Assembly (NCBI GenBank): GCA_963736855.1
Contig: CAVTQK010000021.1
Span: 1-64,000 of the forward strand
DNA length: 64,000 bases
Direction of reading: 5' to 3'
From: an uncultured delta proteobacterium
GTDB taxonomy: Bacteria > Desulfobacterota > Desulfobacteria > Desulfobacterales > UBA2156
In this document: in pieces, positions 9,210-19,981 of the stretch
How the letters are laid out: every line of letters starts with the position of its first letter
Position numbering within the stretch: position 1 is the first letter of the stretch
The notes under the pieces: model-generated
Seen by the model: only the letters and a program-made list of their open reading frames with translations
Told to the model about the DNA's origin: nothing
Database searches by the model: none
Translations under genes and position numbers: made by a program

Positions 9210-9956
9210 TCAACCAATGGTGTCGATGGATGCAAATCTGGGTTCATGCAAGGGAATCAAGATGTCGGCTGTTTTCTTCACATCCAAAAGGATATCGTAA
9301 GCCGTGTAGCTGTTCACAAGGGTGCCCGGTGGAATGACTTCCAGCTCCAATGCCCGAATTTCCTTGGGCGGGTTGAAATTCTCATCGATCACGCAGAATC
9401 CGGTGATGACAGCCGTTCCCGAGGCGGTTTCCACGGCAATCGACATGCCTCCGGGTGTATGTGCCGGGGTGTGGATCATCCGGATTCCGGGGAGGACCTC
9501 GATGTCCTCCTCAACCACGCGGATCTGGCCTTTCTCCTCCACATCCAGGATATAGTCTTCCATGTAACGAAAATCGAGAGGGTGGGGATTGTGGATGGAT
9601 TTTAATTCTTCAGTGTGAGCATAGATGGAGGCACGGGAGCATAAAAAATCGTTTTCGCAATGGTCATTGTGCAGGTGGGTGTGAATGACCACATCGATAT
9701 CTTCAGGCTTGAGGCCCCATCGGGCCAGTCCGTCTTGAAAAGTGTAAATCCGGCCGCCGATCGCCGTCTCCCTGCCTTCGGACCGGATCGGATGCATTTC
9801 GCCGGTATCGACCAGTATGACTCGATCGCCGCCTTCCAGGTACCAGGTGTAAATGGGGATGGTGTATTGCCGGCCCCCCCCATTTTGATAGGTCATCATG
9901 GTCTTATCAAAAATCTTGGTTCCCAACACGATGGGATGGATCTTGTATTGCGCCAT
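9210..9956 (-). CDS. MBL-fold hydrolase, AHL-lactonase-like family
   Basis: ILVDTG, HTHLHNDH and TPAHTPG motifs. Confidence 0.8.
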   Translation of the reverse strand: MAQYKIHPIVLGTKIFDKTMMTYQNGGGRQYTIPIYTWYLEGGDRVILVDTGEMHPIRSEGRETAIGGRIYTFQDGLARWGLKPEDIDVVIHTHLHNDHCENDFLCSRASIYAHTEELKSIHNPHPLDFRYMEDYILDVEEKGQIRVVEEDIEVLPGIRMIHTPAHTPGGMSIAVETASGTAVITGFCVIDENFNPPKEIRALELEVIPPGTLVNSYTAYDILLDVKKTADILIPLHEPRFASIDTIG

Positions 9957-10018
9957 TGGAAACCTCCATCTGAGATGCTTCGATACTAAAAAAGGAGAAT
10001 GTAGAAGGGCGTATCCGC

Positions 10019-10861
10019 CTATTCCTGGATGGGTTCCTCCTTTATCTTCAACGGTTCCGGATTTGACGGGGTCTGGGGCCTTTGGGTTTTGGAAGTCGGA
10101 CTTGGCGCAGCAGGGGTCCGACTTTTTTCAATGGCATCGAGACGATTCTGAAGGGTTTGAAGTCGGCTGCTCATGGCCTCCGAGGCCTGATCGAGGGTTT
10201 GTCGGAACGTCTTCTGTTCGCTTTTCCATTTTACATCGAAGATAGCCTTGTCCAGCTTTTTTATGGAAAGAGCCTGTATTTCTTCCTGAATCCGTGTCAT
10301 CTCGTTTTTTAACTTCCCGATCGCCTCGGCAAGCTGGGTCATCTCGGAGGACAATTTCTTTTCCATACGGGGAATGCTTCCGGATATTCCGGCGAGTTCT
10401 TTCTGGAAGGCGGCAAGGCTCTGATCGATTTTAGACAGGGTGCCCTCCAGATCCTTTTTATCCGGTTTGGATGCGGTCAGATCGGCGACCTTTTTTTCAG
10501 CCTGCTGGATCGAGTTGTTGAGGTCCGCGGCCCGTTTGTCCAGCGATCGGATCTTGCTTTCCATCTGACCTTTCATCTTATCCTGTTCCTCTAAAAGAGC
10601 CAGGAACCGGAATTCGATGTCCTTGGAAACGGCGCTCAAGCCCTGGGTTCCTTCGTTGTGAATTTGGTCGAAATGATTTTTAAGCTGGAAATAGCCTACC
10701 CCGAATGCAGCAGCCACGAGCAACAGGATCAGGGCGGCAAGGAGGGTGACCCGATAACTGATTTTTTTAATTTCAGGAACTTCCTTCTTAAATTGAAGAA
10801 TCGTATCGGGCCGTTCCGTTTCGCCGATTTTAAAGCGCGGTTCTTTTGTGTGTTCATCCAT
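10019..10861 (-). CDS. Membrane-anchored coiled-coil hypothetical protein
   Basis: Single TM near the N-terminus, long heptad-rich region, Pro-rich tail; starts 6 nt after the guaA stop. Confidence 0.7.
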   Translation of the reverse strand: MDEHTKEPRFKIGETERPDTILQFKKEVPEIKKISYRVTLLAALILLLVAAAFGVGYFQLKNHFDQIHNEGTQGLSAVSKDIEFRFLALLEEQDKMKGQMESKIRSLDKRAADLNNSIQQAEKKVADLTASKPDKKDLEGTLSKIDQSLAAFQKELAGISGSIPRMEKKLSSEMTQLAEAIGKLKNEMTRIQEEIQALSIKKLDKAIFDVKWKSEQKTFRQTLDQASEAMSSRLQTLQNRLDAIEKSRTPAAPSPTSKTQRPQTPSNPEPLKIKEEPIQE

Positions 10862-10867
10862 CTTGGC

Positions 10868-12397
10868 CTATTCCCATTCGATGGTGCTGGGTGGTTTCGA
10901 GCTGATGTCATACACCACCCGATTGACACCCCTGACTTCGTTGATGATGCGGTTCGATATCGCTCCCAAAAGGGCGTTCGGCAGTTTGGCCCAGTCGGCG
11001 GTCATGGCATCCTTGCTGGTCACAGCCCGGATGGCGGTTATGTTTTCATAGGTCCGCTGATCCCCCATAATGCCCACGCTCTTGATGGGAAGCAAAACGG
11101 CAAACGACTGCCATAGCTTTTTATAAAGCCCGGCTCTACGGATTTCCTCGTCCAGGATGGCATCCACCTGGCGCAGAACGGAAAGCCGATTCCGGGTAAC
11201 AGCGCCGATAATACGGATAGCCAGGCCTGGACCGGGAAAGGGTTGTCGCCATATCCATTCATCGGCCAGTCCCAACTTTTTTCCCAGGACGCGAACTTCG
11301 TCCTTGAAAAGATACCGGAGGGGTTCCACGAGCTTCAGCTTCATCTTCCTGGGAAGCCCTCCCACGTTGTGATGGGATTTAATCACGGAGCTGGGGCCCC
11401 CGAAAGCGGAGACGGATTCGATGACATCGGGGTACAGGGTTCCCTGAGCCAAAAACCGCGCGTTTGGGATTTTTTTGGCCTCTGCCTCGAAAACTTCCAT
11501 GAAAACACGGCCGATAATCTTTCGCTTCTTTTCCGGGTCGGTTACACCCCTGAGTGCGCTTAAAAATTTCCGGCCTGCATTAATGAACCGGATTTGAATG
11601 TGCAGATGCTTGGTTAGGGCTTTTTGAAGGTCTTCTGCTTCGTTCTTACGAAGAAGTCCGTTGTCGACAAAGATGCAAGTCAGGTTTCGTCCGACCGCCC
11701 GGTGGACCAATATGGCGGTTACCGACGAATCCACACCCCCGCTGAGACCTAAAATCACTTTTTTATCGCCGATGGTTTCCCGGATCTCTTTGATCATATC
11801 CCGGGCAAACGAGGACATGGTCCAGGTGGGTTTGCACCCACAGATTTCAAAGAGAAAGTTTTTCAGGATCTTCTTACCCAGCGGCGTATGGTGAACCTCG
11901 GGATGAAACTGGAGGCCGTAGAGTCTTTTTTCAGCTTTGGCCGCTGCTGCGATGGGTGCATTTTCCGTTGAAGCCATCAGTTCAAACCCCGGAGGCAAAG
12001 ACTCGATGGAATCCCCGTGACTCATCCAGCACTGAATTTCGGACGGTATATCCGAAAAGATGGCCGTGCCTTTTTTGATGTTCAGCAAAGCGAAACCGTA
12101 TTCCCGTTTTTGAGCCCGCGTCACTGTTCCACCGAGAGAATACACCATGAACTGCATACCGTAACAAATACCCAGGAGCGGTATACCCAGATCGAATACC
12201 GCCGGATCCATTCTGGGGCTTCCCTTTTCGTAAATGCTCGATGGACCTCCTGAAAGGATGATCCCCTCGGGATTCAGTTTTTGAAGAGCCTCCATGGAGA
12301 TGCCGGGAGGTTCGATGCGGCAAAAGACACGAAGCTCCCGGACCCGGCGGGCGATGAGTTGGTTGTACTGGGACCCAAAATCAATGACGACGATCAT
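10868..12397 (-). CDS. guaA: GMP synthase (glutamine-hydrolysing)
   Basis: [34 protein letters not shown] and KPPSTIEWE. Confidence 0.98.
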   Translation of the reverse strand: MIVVIDFGSQYNQLIARRVRELRVFCRIEPPGISMEALQKLNPEGIILSGGPSSIYEKGSPRMDPAVFDLGIPLLGICYGMQFMVYSLGGTVTRAQKREYGFALLNIKKGTAIFSDIPSEIQCWMSHGDSIESLPPGFELMASTENAPIAAAAKAEKRLYGLQFHPEVHHTPLGKKILKNFLFEICGCKPTWTMSSFARDMIKEIRETIGDKKVILGLSGGVDSSVTAILVHRAVGRNLTCIFVDNGLLRKNEAEDLQKALTKHLHIQIRFINAGRKFLSALRGVTDPEKKRKIIGRVFMEVFEAEAKKIPNARFLAQGTLYPDVIESVSAFGGPSSVIKSHHNVGGLPRKMKLKLVEPLRYLFKDEVRVLGKKLGLADEWIWRQPFPGPGLAIRIIGAVTRNRLSVLRQVDAILDEEIRRAGLYKKLWQSFAVLLPIKSVGIMGDQRTYENITAIRAVTSKDAMTADWAKLPNALLGAISNRIINEVRGVNRVVYDISSKPPSTIEWE

Positions 12398-12538
12398 GGC
12401 GGCTTTTCCACGTGAAAAGTACAAGGCTGTTTGAGTTTACCTAAACAAGGTAAATATGGTAAAGACCGATGAAAATGTCAACTCCAATTCAAAGAACCAT
12501 TCTTTCTGAAATTCCAATGCCAAACGGATGGAAAAAGG

Positions 12539-13297
12539 ATGATCGTCCAAATCTATGAGATTCAGACGGTCCAGGAAGCCCGGGCTTTGGTCGATCTGGG
12601 CGTGGACCATATCGGGAGTGTAATCCAGAGGGAAAAAGACTGGAACGACCCAAAAATCAAGGCCGTGGTGGAGATGATTCAAAAGGGTGCCTCCAAGTCC
12701 AGCCTTATCCCTCTTTTCAATCGACCCGAGGCTGTTTGCCGTGTTTTGGGGTATCATCTCCCTGACATTGTCCATTTTTGCGAAGATCTTCTCGAATGCG
12801 ATCTCAATGAAATCAATAGGCTTTTTGGCTTGCAGGAGCAGGTTCGAAAGGCTTTTCCACGGATAGCGATCATGCGTACCATACCCATTCCATTATCGGG
12901 GCAAAGCGCCGGGGAAAATGCTTTGTCCTTTGCCCGGCGGTTCGAGCCGATCAGCGATTATTTCCTTATCGACACCCATATCACCGATTCTCCTGTGGAG
13001 GGGTTTGCCGGAATTACCGGAAAACTCTGTGACTGGGCTCTTGCCGCTGCTCTGGTTCGTCAGAGCGGCATTCCCGTGATTTTGGCCGGTGGACTGGGAC
13101 CGGACAACGTCATGGAGGCGATTCGTTCTGTAAAACCTGCGGGAGTGGATAGCTGCACCGGGACCAACGCCCGGGATACATCCGGAGTACCCGTTCGGTT
13201 TCGAAAAGATATGGCCCGGGTTAAAATTTTCGTGGCGAAAGCGCGCCAGGAGCAAAAGGGATTGTATGGTATAACAAAGGTCGAAAAAACCGCTTGA
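12539..13297 (+). CDS. Phosphoribosylanthranilate isomerase-like TIM-barrel protein
   Basis: FLIDT, GITGKLCDW, ILAGGLGPDNV and PAGVDSCTG. Confidence 0.75.
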   Translation: MIVQIYEIQTVQEARALVDLGVDHIGSVIQREKDWNDPKIKAVVEMIQKGASKSSLIPLFNRPEAVCRVLGYHLPDIVHFCEDLLECDLNEINRLFGLQEQVRKAFPRIAIMRTIPIPLSGQSAGENALSFARRFEPISDYFLIDTHITDSPVEGFAGITGKLCDWALAAALVRQSGIPVILAGGLGPDNVMEAIRSVKPAGVDSCTGTNARDTSGVPVRFRKDMARVKIFVAKARQEQKGLYGITKVEKTA

Positions 13298-13356
13298 GTT
13301 GACGGGCAATTTTTGCCATTACTACCCCCATCGACTCATAAAGGAGGCAAGAGAGG

Positions 13357-13920
13357 ATGCTGGAAAGCGGAGATCTGAGAAAAGGGGCCAAGATCGAGAT
13401 CGATGGTGAACCTTATATTATTCTCCAGTTTGAATTCGTTAAACCCGGTAAGGGTCAAGCGCTTTACAAATGCAGGTTGAAAAACATGATCACGGGGATC
13501 CAATTCGATAGAACCTATCGGTCGGGAGAAAAGTTTAACGAAGCGAACCTCGAGGAAGCCGAGATGGAATATCTATACTATGACGGCGAGCGATACTGTT
13601 TCATGAACACAAGCAATTATGAGCAAGAATTTTTAACCGCCGGTCAGATTGCAGAAGCTAAAAACTACCTGAAGGAAAATACCGTCTGCAACATCCTGCT
13701 TTTCGATGGGAAACCCATCGGAATCACGCTTCCCAATTTCGCGGATCTCAAGGTGGTCCAGGCGGAGTATTGGATCAAAGGGGATACGGCTTCCGGAAGC
13801 ACAAAGCCGGCCACTCTGGAAACCGGATACGTGGTCCAGGTTCCTCCCTTTATCGAGGAGGGAGAGCTGGTTCGAATCGACACCCGGACCGGACAGTATG
13901 TGGAACGCGTGAAAGGATAG
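13357..13920 (+). CDS. efp: Elongation factor P
   Basis: KPGKG, KGDTA, ATLETG, VPPFI and IDTRTGQY. Confidence 0.97.
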   Translation: MLESGDLRKGAKIEIDGEPYIILQFEFVKPGKGQALYKCRLKNMITGIQFDRTYRSGEKFNEANLEEAEMEYLYYDGERYCFMNTSNYEQEFLTAGQIAEAKNYLKENTVCNILLFDGKPIGITLPNFADLKVVQAEYWIKGDTASGSTKPATLETGYVVQVPPFIEEGELVRIDTRTGQYVERVKG

Positions 13921-14065
13921 CGGCTATTCTTCGCCAGAGATTTCATCCATGCAGATCTTGGTTTTGTATTTTTCAAAAGGCGGAAATACCCGGATGCCTT
14001 TTAAGGCCCTGAGTTGAAAGGCTTAAACTGTATTGGCCATCCTGGAATAGGCCGTCACCGGCAGC

Positions 14066-14371
14066 CTAAAAATACCCCGGTCTTTCAAAGGTGACGCCGA
14101 TTCCCTCATCTGTCACCCGGGCAATTTTAGCCTTTCTTTTTTTTACGGTGGCGAATGTCGAAGAATCGATCAGAAACAGATCTTCTCCGATTTTAAATGA
14201 TCCCCGGACTTGGATGAAGAGCCCATTCCGGCTCTGGTTGACGATTTTGCCTATGAAGGGCTTTCCGCGGACAAAGAACTCCACAGACCGGGGAATCCCA
14301 TGTCGGATATCGCCCCGTTTTTCTTTGGAGATCTTGCTCTTATCGAGATGCGTATCTTTCTTCTCTGCCAT
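14066..14371 (-). CDS. Stand-alone PilZ domain protein
   Basis: RGDIR (RxxxR), NQSRNG (NxSxxG) and GIGVTF. Confidence 0.8.
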   Translation of the reverse strand: MAEKKDTHLDKSKISKEKRGDIRHGIPRSVEFFVRGKPFIGKIVNQSRNGLFIQVRGSFKIGEDLFLIDSSTFATVKKRKAKIARVTDEGIGVTFERPGYF

Positions 14372-17241
14372 TATTTTTTTATTTTTTCCAGGATCGTTGT
14401 ATCCATAGGGTTATCGAACTGGACATGGACCGAATAATCGATGGATAGCTGGTAGTGCACGGCTACAACCTTCCCGATGCCTTGTAAAAGATTCTCTGGT
14501 GATGTCTGGGAAAGGGGAAACCATAGCTGCAATTTACGGCCCAGGAGCATCTGGGCACTTTCCTTATTTTGAAGCTTAATGAAAAAGCAAAGCCCTCCGG
14601 CTGAAATGTTGGTAAGCCTTCCTTTGAAGGCTTTTCCGGCCGGACTGCCGGACGAATAAAGAAGCTGAACAGTGACGATACCCTCTGCCGGGAAGCGGGG
14701 AGAGATTCTTCTTTCCATGGCTTTGTCCAACAGAATGCGGGAGGTGTCGTTTTTTTCCAGGCAAAAGTCGCTCAACTTATTTTCCAGGGCGGGGTTCTGA
14801 TTTTTAATTTGATTCAGGCTGTCGAGATCCAGGACGCTGAGCCGTGCCGTCGTTTGGGTGATGACGGAAACGGTGCTTACCGTGGGGCTGAAAAACGATT
14901 CTGCGCCGGCTACATCACCGGCTTTTAAGTTTTTAATTAGATGTTCCTCATGTTCTTTTTCAAAAACGACTTTCAGTTCTCCTTGTTCGATAAAAAACAG
15001 AACGTCGTTCTTTTGACCTTGCTGTATCAATGTCACATTGGCTTCCGTGAAACGCTCCTTTAAGGCAAAGTAGAACGAAAGAGTTTCCTTCCGGGATAGT
15101 GTGTCGTACAGTCGATCCCATGAAACCATGCGGTCCTTGTCCAGGGAAGCCGCTTTTTCCGTTTCGATGATTTCCCCGGCTTTGTATATTTCGGAAAGCG
15201 CCATGGGATCCACCTCGGACATCTTTTCTAAAAATACGTCCGCTGCTTGAAATTGCTTAGCCCGTGCGGTTTTTTTGATAAGATCCGAGAGCAAGGAAAT
15301 GGCGCTGGTTTTGTCACCTTGTCGGATGTACCCATCGACTTGTTGTTGTGCCTCGGAAAAGTCGATTGTCGACGAAGCCGGGCTGGTAATGGACCCGGAA
15401 TTGCTTTCATGACTCTCTACGGATTTTTGCTTATCCAGCTTGGCCTGACTTTTTTCAATCGCTTCCAAGGCTTCTTTTGCCGCCGTCTTGACGTTTTCGT
15501 TGTATGGCGAAACCCGCTTGATTCCTTTGGGTTCTGCGATTTCTTTCAAGATCGGCAGAGCTTGTGGATCGCCGATGCGACCCAGTGCTATGCAGATGAC
15601 TTCTTCGAGACGGATTCGGTTGTTGGATGGAATGAGGGGGCGGTTTCTTAAAAGCTCCAGGAACGGGCCGACGGCTTCCGGGTCTCTCAATCCTCCCAGC
15701 ATGATCACCATGGGTATTTTAATCTGTTCATCCGCAGAGGAAAGAGCCGAAAGGAGAACGCTTTTTCTTTTGCTTCCTCCGATGTTATATAGGGCAGTAA
15801 GTGCTTCTCGTTGAACCCGGATGTCTTTGTGATTCAAAAGCGGTATTATGCTGTTCAGGTGTGTTTCGTTTCCCAGTTTTCCTACCAGTAAAACCAGGTT
15901 CCGGAGAAAATACCAAGATCCTCCTTCGGCGATTTTTTTCAATAACAGAGGAAGTATCGGATGACCGATTTCGCGGATAACCTCCATGATTCGGATCCTC
16001 CCGGAGCGTTCCGAAATCTTAGAAAGCAATTCCAGGAGCCATTCCCCCGAATGAGGTCCAAGAGAAACGAGACATTTCAAGGCATATTCGGATTCCGGTG
16101 ATGCATCCGCCATCATTCCTTCGGTCAGGATACCCAACGCCTCATTATCCGCTATGCTTTTCGACATTTTATTGATTAAATCGTAGAAAGTATCGCCCAA
16201 CCCCTTCGTGTTCGAGAGAAAATTCAGAGTGTCGAGAATAGGCAAGCAGTCTATAAACCGGCGGGTGTGGATATAATGAGCGACTGTGAGTTGAAGCTGA
16301 CGGCAGGCTGCTTTCAGGGTGGGGGAGAAAACAGTCTGTAAACGGATCCATTTTGTCAAATGAGGTTCCACACGCAGAAATTCATCGAGGCGGTTTTCGA
16401 TTGCCAGATGATTTCCACAGAGAACCAGGGCTTGAGCGGCGGCATCCCGAATATCAGCATCTGCATCCGCAAGCCCGAGGCCGACTTTTTCCATCAGGTC
16501 CAGAGCCGGCTCTTTCTTTCCCTCATGCATCCATTGGATAAAGATATCGGGAACCAGTGCCATAAGATTGCGATCATAAAAGAAATGTTTTTCTCCTTGT
16601 GTAAGTTTTAGTAAACCCTCTTGAATTCTTTCGGCGTTTACATTTTTTATCTGGACCGATTCACCGGAATCGGCCCGGATAACTTTTATCCGAATCGATT
16701 CCGGTGAATCGGTCCGGTGCGGTTTCTGAGGGGCATGGGAAGATTCTTCAGCGCCTTTTCCAGTTCCATCTGTCGGCAGTTGTTTTATTCTTGAACTGCT
16801 GTCAAGATATTTGCTGTCGATTTGGATATGCGGTTTGGGAAGGATGGGGATCAAATTCTGAGGTCCGCCATCCGCTTCTATTTCATCGGGTGTTCTCTTG
16901 AAATCAGTCAAAAAGCGAACCAGTTCGACTTTTTCGATATTCCTTTCAAGTGTAATGCGATGGATGCTCCACTGATTCATGATTTCGACCAGTGAGCGGA
17001 TTTGAGGAAGTTGTTGCTCACTTTCAGTTAGAGGGCAGTCGAGGATGGTCAAACGGTTGTCTGAAACGTAGAATTCGAGAGGGCCGCCTAGTTCCAGTAT
17101 TTCCGTGAGGGAATCGTAAGCTCGATTCACTGAGTTCACAGCCATATCGCTTGACGCGGGATAGTACCGCAGGCTCTTGACTGCCCCCATAAAAAAGTTG
17201 ACGGCCTGGAATCTTTTTTTTGGGATCACGGTTTCAGTCAA
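14371..17241 (-). CDS. HEAT-repeat, cNMP-binding and PilZ multidomain protein
   Basis: HEAT-like repeats (WYFLRNLVLLVGKLG, DIRVQREAL), cNMP fold (LIQQGQ...FFIEQGELKV...GDVAG), C-terminal RISPR and NISAGG. Confidence 0.8.
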   Translation of the reverse strand: MTETVIPKKRFQAVNFFMGAVKSLRYYPASSDMAVNSVNRAYDSLTEILELGGPLEFYVSDNRLTILDCPLTESEQQLPQIRSLVEIMNQWSIHRITLERNIEKVELVRFLTDFKRTPDEIEADGGPQNLIPILPKPHIQIDSKYLDSSSRIKQLPTDGTGKGAEESSHAPQKPHRTDSPESIRIKVIRADSGESVQIKNVNAERIQEGLLKLTQGEKHFFYDRNLMALVPDIFIQWMHEGKKEPALDLMEKVGLGLADADADIRDAAAQALVLCGNHLAIENRLDEFLRVEPHLTKWIRLQTVFSPTLKAACRQLQLTVAHYIHTRRFIDCLPILDTLNFLSNTKGLGDTFYDLINKMSKSIADNEALGILTEGMMADASPESEYALKCLVSLGPHSGEWLLELLSKISERSGRIRIMEVIREIGHPILPLLLKKIAEGGSWYFLRNLVLLVGKLGNETHLNSIIPLLNHKDIRVQREALTALYNIGGSKRKSVLLSALSSADEQIKIPMVIMLGGLRDPEAVGPFLELLRNRPLIPSNNRIRLEEVICIALGRIGDPQALPILKEIAEPKGIKRVSPYNENVKTAAKEALEAIEKSQAKLDKQKSVESHESNSGSITSPASSTIDFSEAQQQVDGYIRQGDKTSAISLLSDLIKKTARAKQFQAADVFLEKMSEVDPMALSEIYKAGEIIETEKAASLDKDRMVSWDRLYDTLSRKETLSFYFALKERFTEANVTLIQQGQKNDVLFFIEQGELKVVFEKEHEEHLIKNLKAGDVAGAESFFSPTVSTVSVITQTTARLSVLDLDSLNQIKNQNPALENKLSDFCLEKNDTSRILLDKAMERRISPRFPAEGIVTVQLLYSSGSPAGKAFKGRLTNISAGGLCFFIKLQNKESAQMLLGRKLQLWFPLSQTSPENLLQGIGKVVAVHYQLSIDYSVHVQFDNPMDTTILEKIKK

Positions 17242-17452
17242 TTTGATTCCTCTTTATCGGAAGAATCCAGTGGCTCTGATAACTGTTTGATAAAATGCAC
17301 GATTTTTTAGGTTTTGTCAACGAATAAATGTTGGTAAGGATTCCCCTGGGTTTTGAGCCTTCGTACAAGCCGAGGCTGCTGGAAGGGTTTTTCTGGGCAA
17401 GAGAGTCCCCATATGATACCCAAACATGGGAACAGGGAAGGTATGGAAATAG

Positions 17453-17541
17453 CCATGGAAAAAAATCGATCGCCGGTATTTGAAGAAACATATCGATACT
17501 ACCTGGATCAACTCGCCTTGCCATTCCAGGCGGAGGCGTAA
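17453..17541 (+). pseudogene. Short N-terminal gene remnant, possibly DUF3786-like
   Basis: MEKNRSPVFEETYRYYLDQLA then an early stop; family call from memory only. Confidence 0.3.
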
Positions 17542-17634
17542 GGTGGATCTCCTATCGAAAACTACCGGGTTTCGGTCCGATGATCGGCATTTTGATTATA
17601 CTGAAACAACGATCCAGGCGAAAGGCGGGTCGAT

Positions 17635-18534
17635 CTACATACGGTATTTCTGTTTGAGGTCCTTCAGTTTTGCCAGATACCGGTGCTGATATCTCAGGCT
17701 TTTCTGGGTGTTGATGTCATAAAAGGAAAAATCGATATAGGGCCGGATGTCGATACCGAGGTTATTTTTAACCTTGTCGTTTGAACGGTCCAGGATGAGG
17801 ATGCTGTAATAGCTCGCCAAAACCCGGGTCCTGGAATCTCTTCTTAAGAGATAACTTCGACCTCCCAGGGTGTTTAGAAAAAAGCCGGCGTATCGATACG
17901 CAACTTGCAAGGGGGGCGGGTGAATCAGATCGCCTTGGCATTGGGCACCGATGAGCAACCACTGGTAGAAAGTCTCCATGATCGGTTCGATCCGGTTGGA
18001 CTCCTTTTTCATGATGTCGATGATCAGTTCGATGCGCTTTTTTCCGAGTACCCGAAAAAGGTGTGTCACGTTGTCTAATAATGTGGAAAGGTTGTCCATC
18101 TCCCCGGTGATCATCGGTGGATTTTTAGACAACGCCTCGACACTTTGGATGAAAAAATCATAGAAACTTCCTTTTACATCATGGGCGGCCAGATATTCCC
18201 TCTGATCCAGATAGGTAAAGAAGGAAGTTATCTGCTGCTCCAACTGAGCACAGGAGAGCTTCGGCTGCGCAGTGGCTGGCGATGAGCCGGCAGCTTCACT
18301 TTCATCGGCGACTTCTGGCTCAATTGCAGCCTGGTCTATGTCATAGGGAATCATCTCCTTGAGGTTGTCAACTTCTTTTTCCAGCTCCTCGATCTTGAGG
18401 ACCCACTCTTTCCTCTCTTTATCGATATCGGCTTGAACTTTTTCTCGATGCCAGGATTTGAGATGTGTGTAAGCAAAAAAGCCGACAAGTGAAAACAGAA
18501 ACAGGGCGATGACAACTTTAACCGGCTTTTCCAT
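17635..18534 (-). CDS. Hypothetical membrane-anchored protein
   Basis: About 300-aa ORF with N-terminal TM, coiled coil and FFLNTLGGRSYLLRR. Confidence 0.7.
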   Translation of the reverse strand: MEKPVKVVIALFLFSLVGFFAYTHLKSWHREKVQADIDKERKEWVLKIEELEKEVDNLKEMIPYDIDQAAIEPEVADESEAAGSSPATAQPKLSCAQLEQQITSFFTYLDQREYLAAHDVKGSFYDFFIQSVEALSKNPPMITGEMDNLSTLLDNVTHLFRVLGKKRIELIIDIMKKESNRIEPIMETFYQWLLIGAQCQGDLIHPPPLQVAYRYAGFFLNTLGGRSYLLRRDSRTRVLASYYSILILDRSNDKVKNNLGIDIRPYIDFSFYDINTQKSLRYQHRYLAKLKDLKQKYRM

Positions 18535-19065
18535 CAGGTAAGCCCCCTTTGGGTTCAGACATGGTGTTTTCTTCAAAAAAAAAGGTCAGTGCCCTCAATT
18601 CAGGCAAGTTTTGTAAATTTATCATCGATGCCATCCGGTATCAACTCAGATTGATAACCCTGCTGGATACCGATCGAGGACATAAATTCCAATATTTTAA
18701 CAAAATTCTCTGAAATTAAAATCTCCCATTTCAAATCCAGACAAAATTCTATAAAACAAGATAGAAAATGGATATCCGAGTCAAACTCATCCCTTGTTTG
18801 CAACAGGATTATGCCGGGGTGGCGCCGAGACCCGCCGATGTTTCTTTGGATATCCAAAAGGCATGTGCTTAAGGGTTTCAACCGACCGCCCTTCTTGCGG
18901 AGATGAAACAGATTTGTTCCCATCATCGGATCGATCCGTCCGGATGAAACCGTCTGCATTGACAGATGCAAAAAATTGGATGATATATGGCAATATCGCC
19001 GATTGCCGCCGGGTCTTGATGTATCCCGGATAAAAAAGGATGAACGGATAATCAGGAGGAAAGGT

Positions 19066-19953
19066 ATGTTAAAAGAAATTGTCGGGCCCATGAGGGTGCC
19101 CTTTCTCATCCTTACGCCCGCCTGCGTATTGTTAGGAGTTGGAACCGCGGTCTGGTCTTCGGAGGGCATTTCCATTCTCTATGTTGTTTTGACTCTGATC
19201 GGAGCTCTTGCAGCACATATAAGCGTCAATGCTTTCAACGAATATTTTGATTTTCGAAGCGGCCTGGACTTCAAGACCCAACGAACCCCCTTCAGCGGCG
19301 GAAGCGGAACGCTTCCGGCCAATCCGGTTCTGGCAAAACAGGCGCTGCTTACGGCTATAATTGCTTTTGGCGTCACCGCTGCGATTGGGCTTTTTTTTGT
19401 ACAGCGCTGGGGGCCGGGCCTTTTTCTGACCGGGATTCCCGGCCTGTTTCTGCTTTATGCCTATACGCCGTGGATCGCACATCATGCCTTATGGTGCCTG
19501 ATCGCACCGGGGCTGGGATTCGGCCCTTTCATGGTGATGGGAACCCATTTCGTGCTCACTGGAACTTACCAATGGACGGCTTTTATCGCCTCTCTGGTTC
19601 CGTTTTTCCTGGTTAGTAATCTGCTTCTTTTAAATCAATTTCCCGATGTGGAGGCCGACCGCAGCGTGGGGCGCAGACACTTCCCCATCCTCATCGGCAG
19701 ACGCGGGAGCAGCCTGGTCTATGGGGGTTTCCTCCTTGCTGCATACCTGACAATTCTCTTGGGTGTACTCCTGAATCTGTTGCCTAACTTGACGCTGTTG
19801 GGATTGATGACTTTGGCTCTGGCACTGCCTGCTGCATTAGGGGCCTACCGTCACTCGGACAACATTCCCAGACTCATCCCGATCATGGTTTTGAACGTCA
19901 TCATCAATATCGTCACCCCGGTGCTCATGGCCATCGGGCTGTTTTTTGCCTGA
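19066..19953 (+). CDS. UbiA-family prenyltransferase, MenA-like
   Basis: NEYFDFRSGLD, PFSGGSG and NQFPDVEAD; multiple TMs; AGGAGG RBS. Confidence 0.85.
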   Translation: MLKEIVGPMRVPFLILTPACVLLGVGTAVWSSEGISILYVVLTLIGALAAHISVNAFNEYFDFRSGLDFKTQRTPFSGGSGTLPANPVLAKQALLTAIIAFGVTAAIGLFFVQRWGPGLFLTGIPGLFLLYAYTPWIAHHALWCLIAPGLGFGPFMVMGTHFVLTGTYQWTAFIASLVPFFLVSNLLLLNQFPDVEADRSVGRRHFPILIGRRGSSLVYGGFLLAAYLTILLGVLLNLLPNLTLLGLMTLALALPAALGAYRHSDNIPRLIPIMVLNVIINIVTPVLMAIGLFFA

Positions 19954-19981
19954 CCTGATCCTCTAAGTAATTGAAAACTTC

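Noticed and set aside
18778..19033. Degenerate MoaD/ThiS-like gene (MDIRVKL...LFAT)
   Set aside because: Only a short N-terminal resemblance across a frame change, with no C-terminal GG
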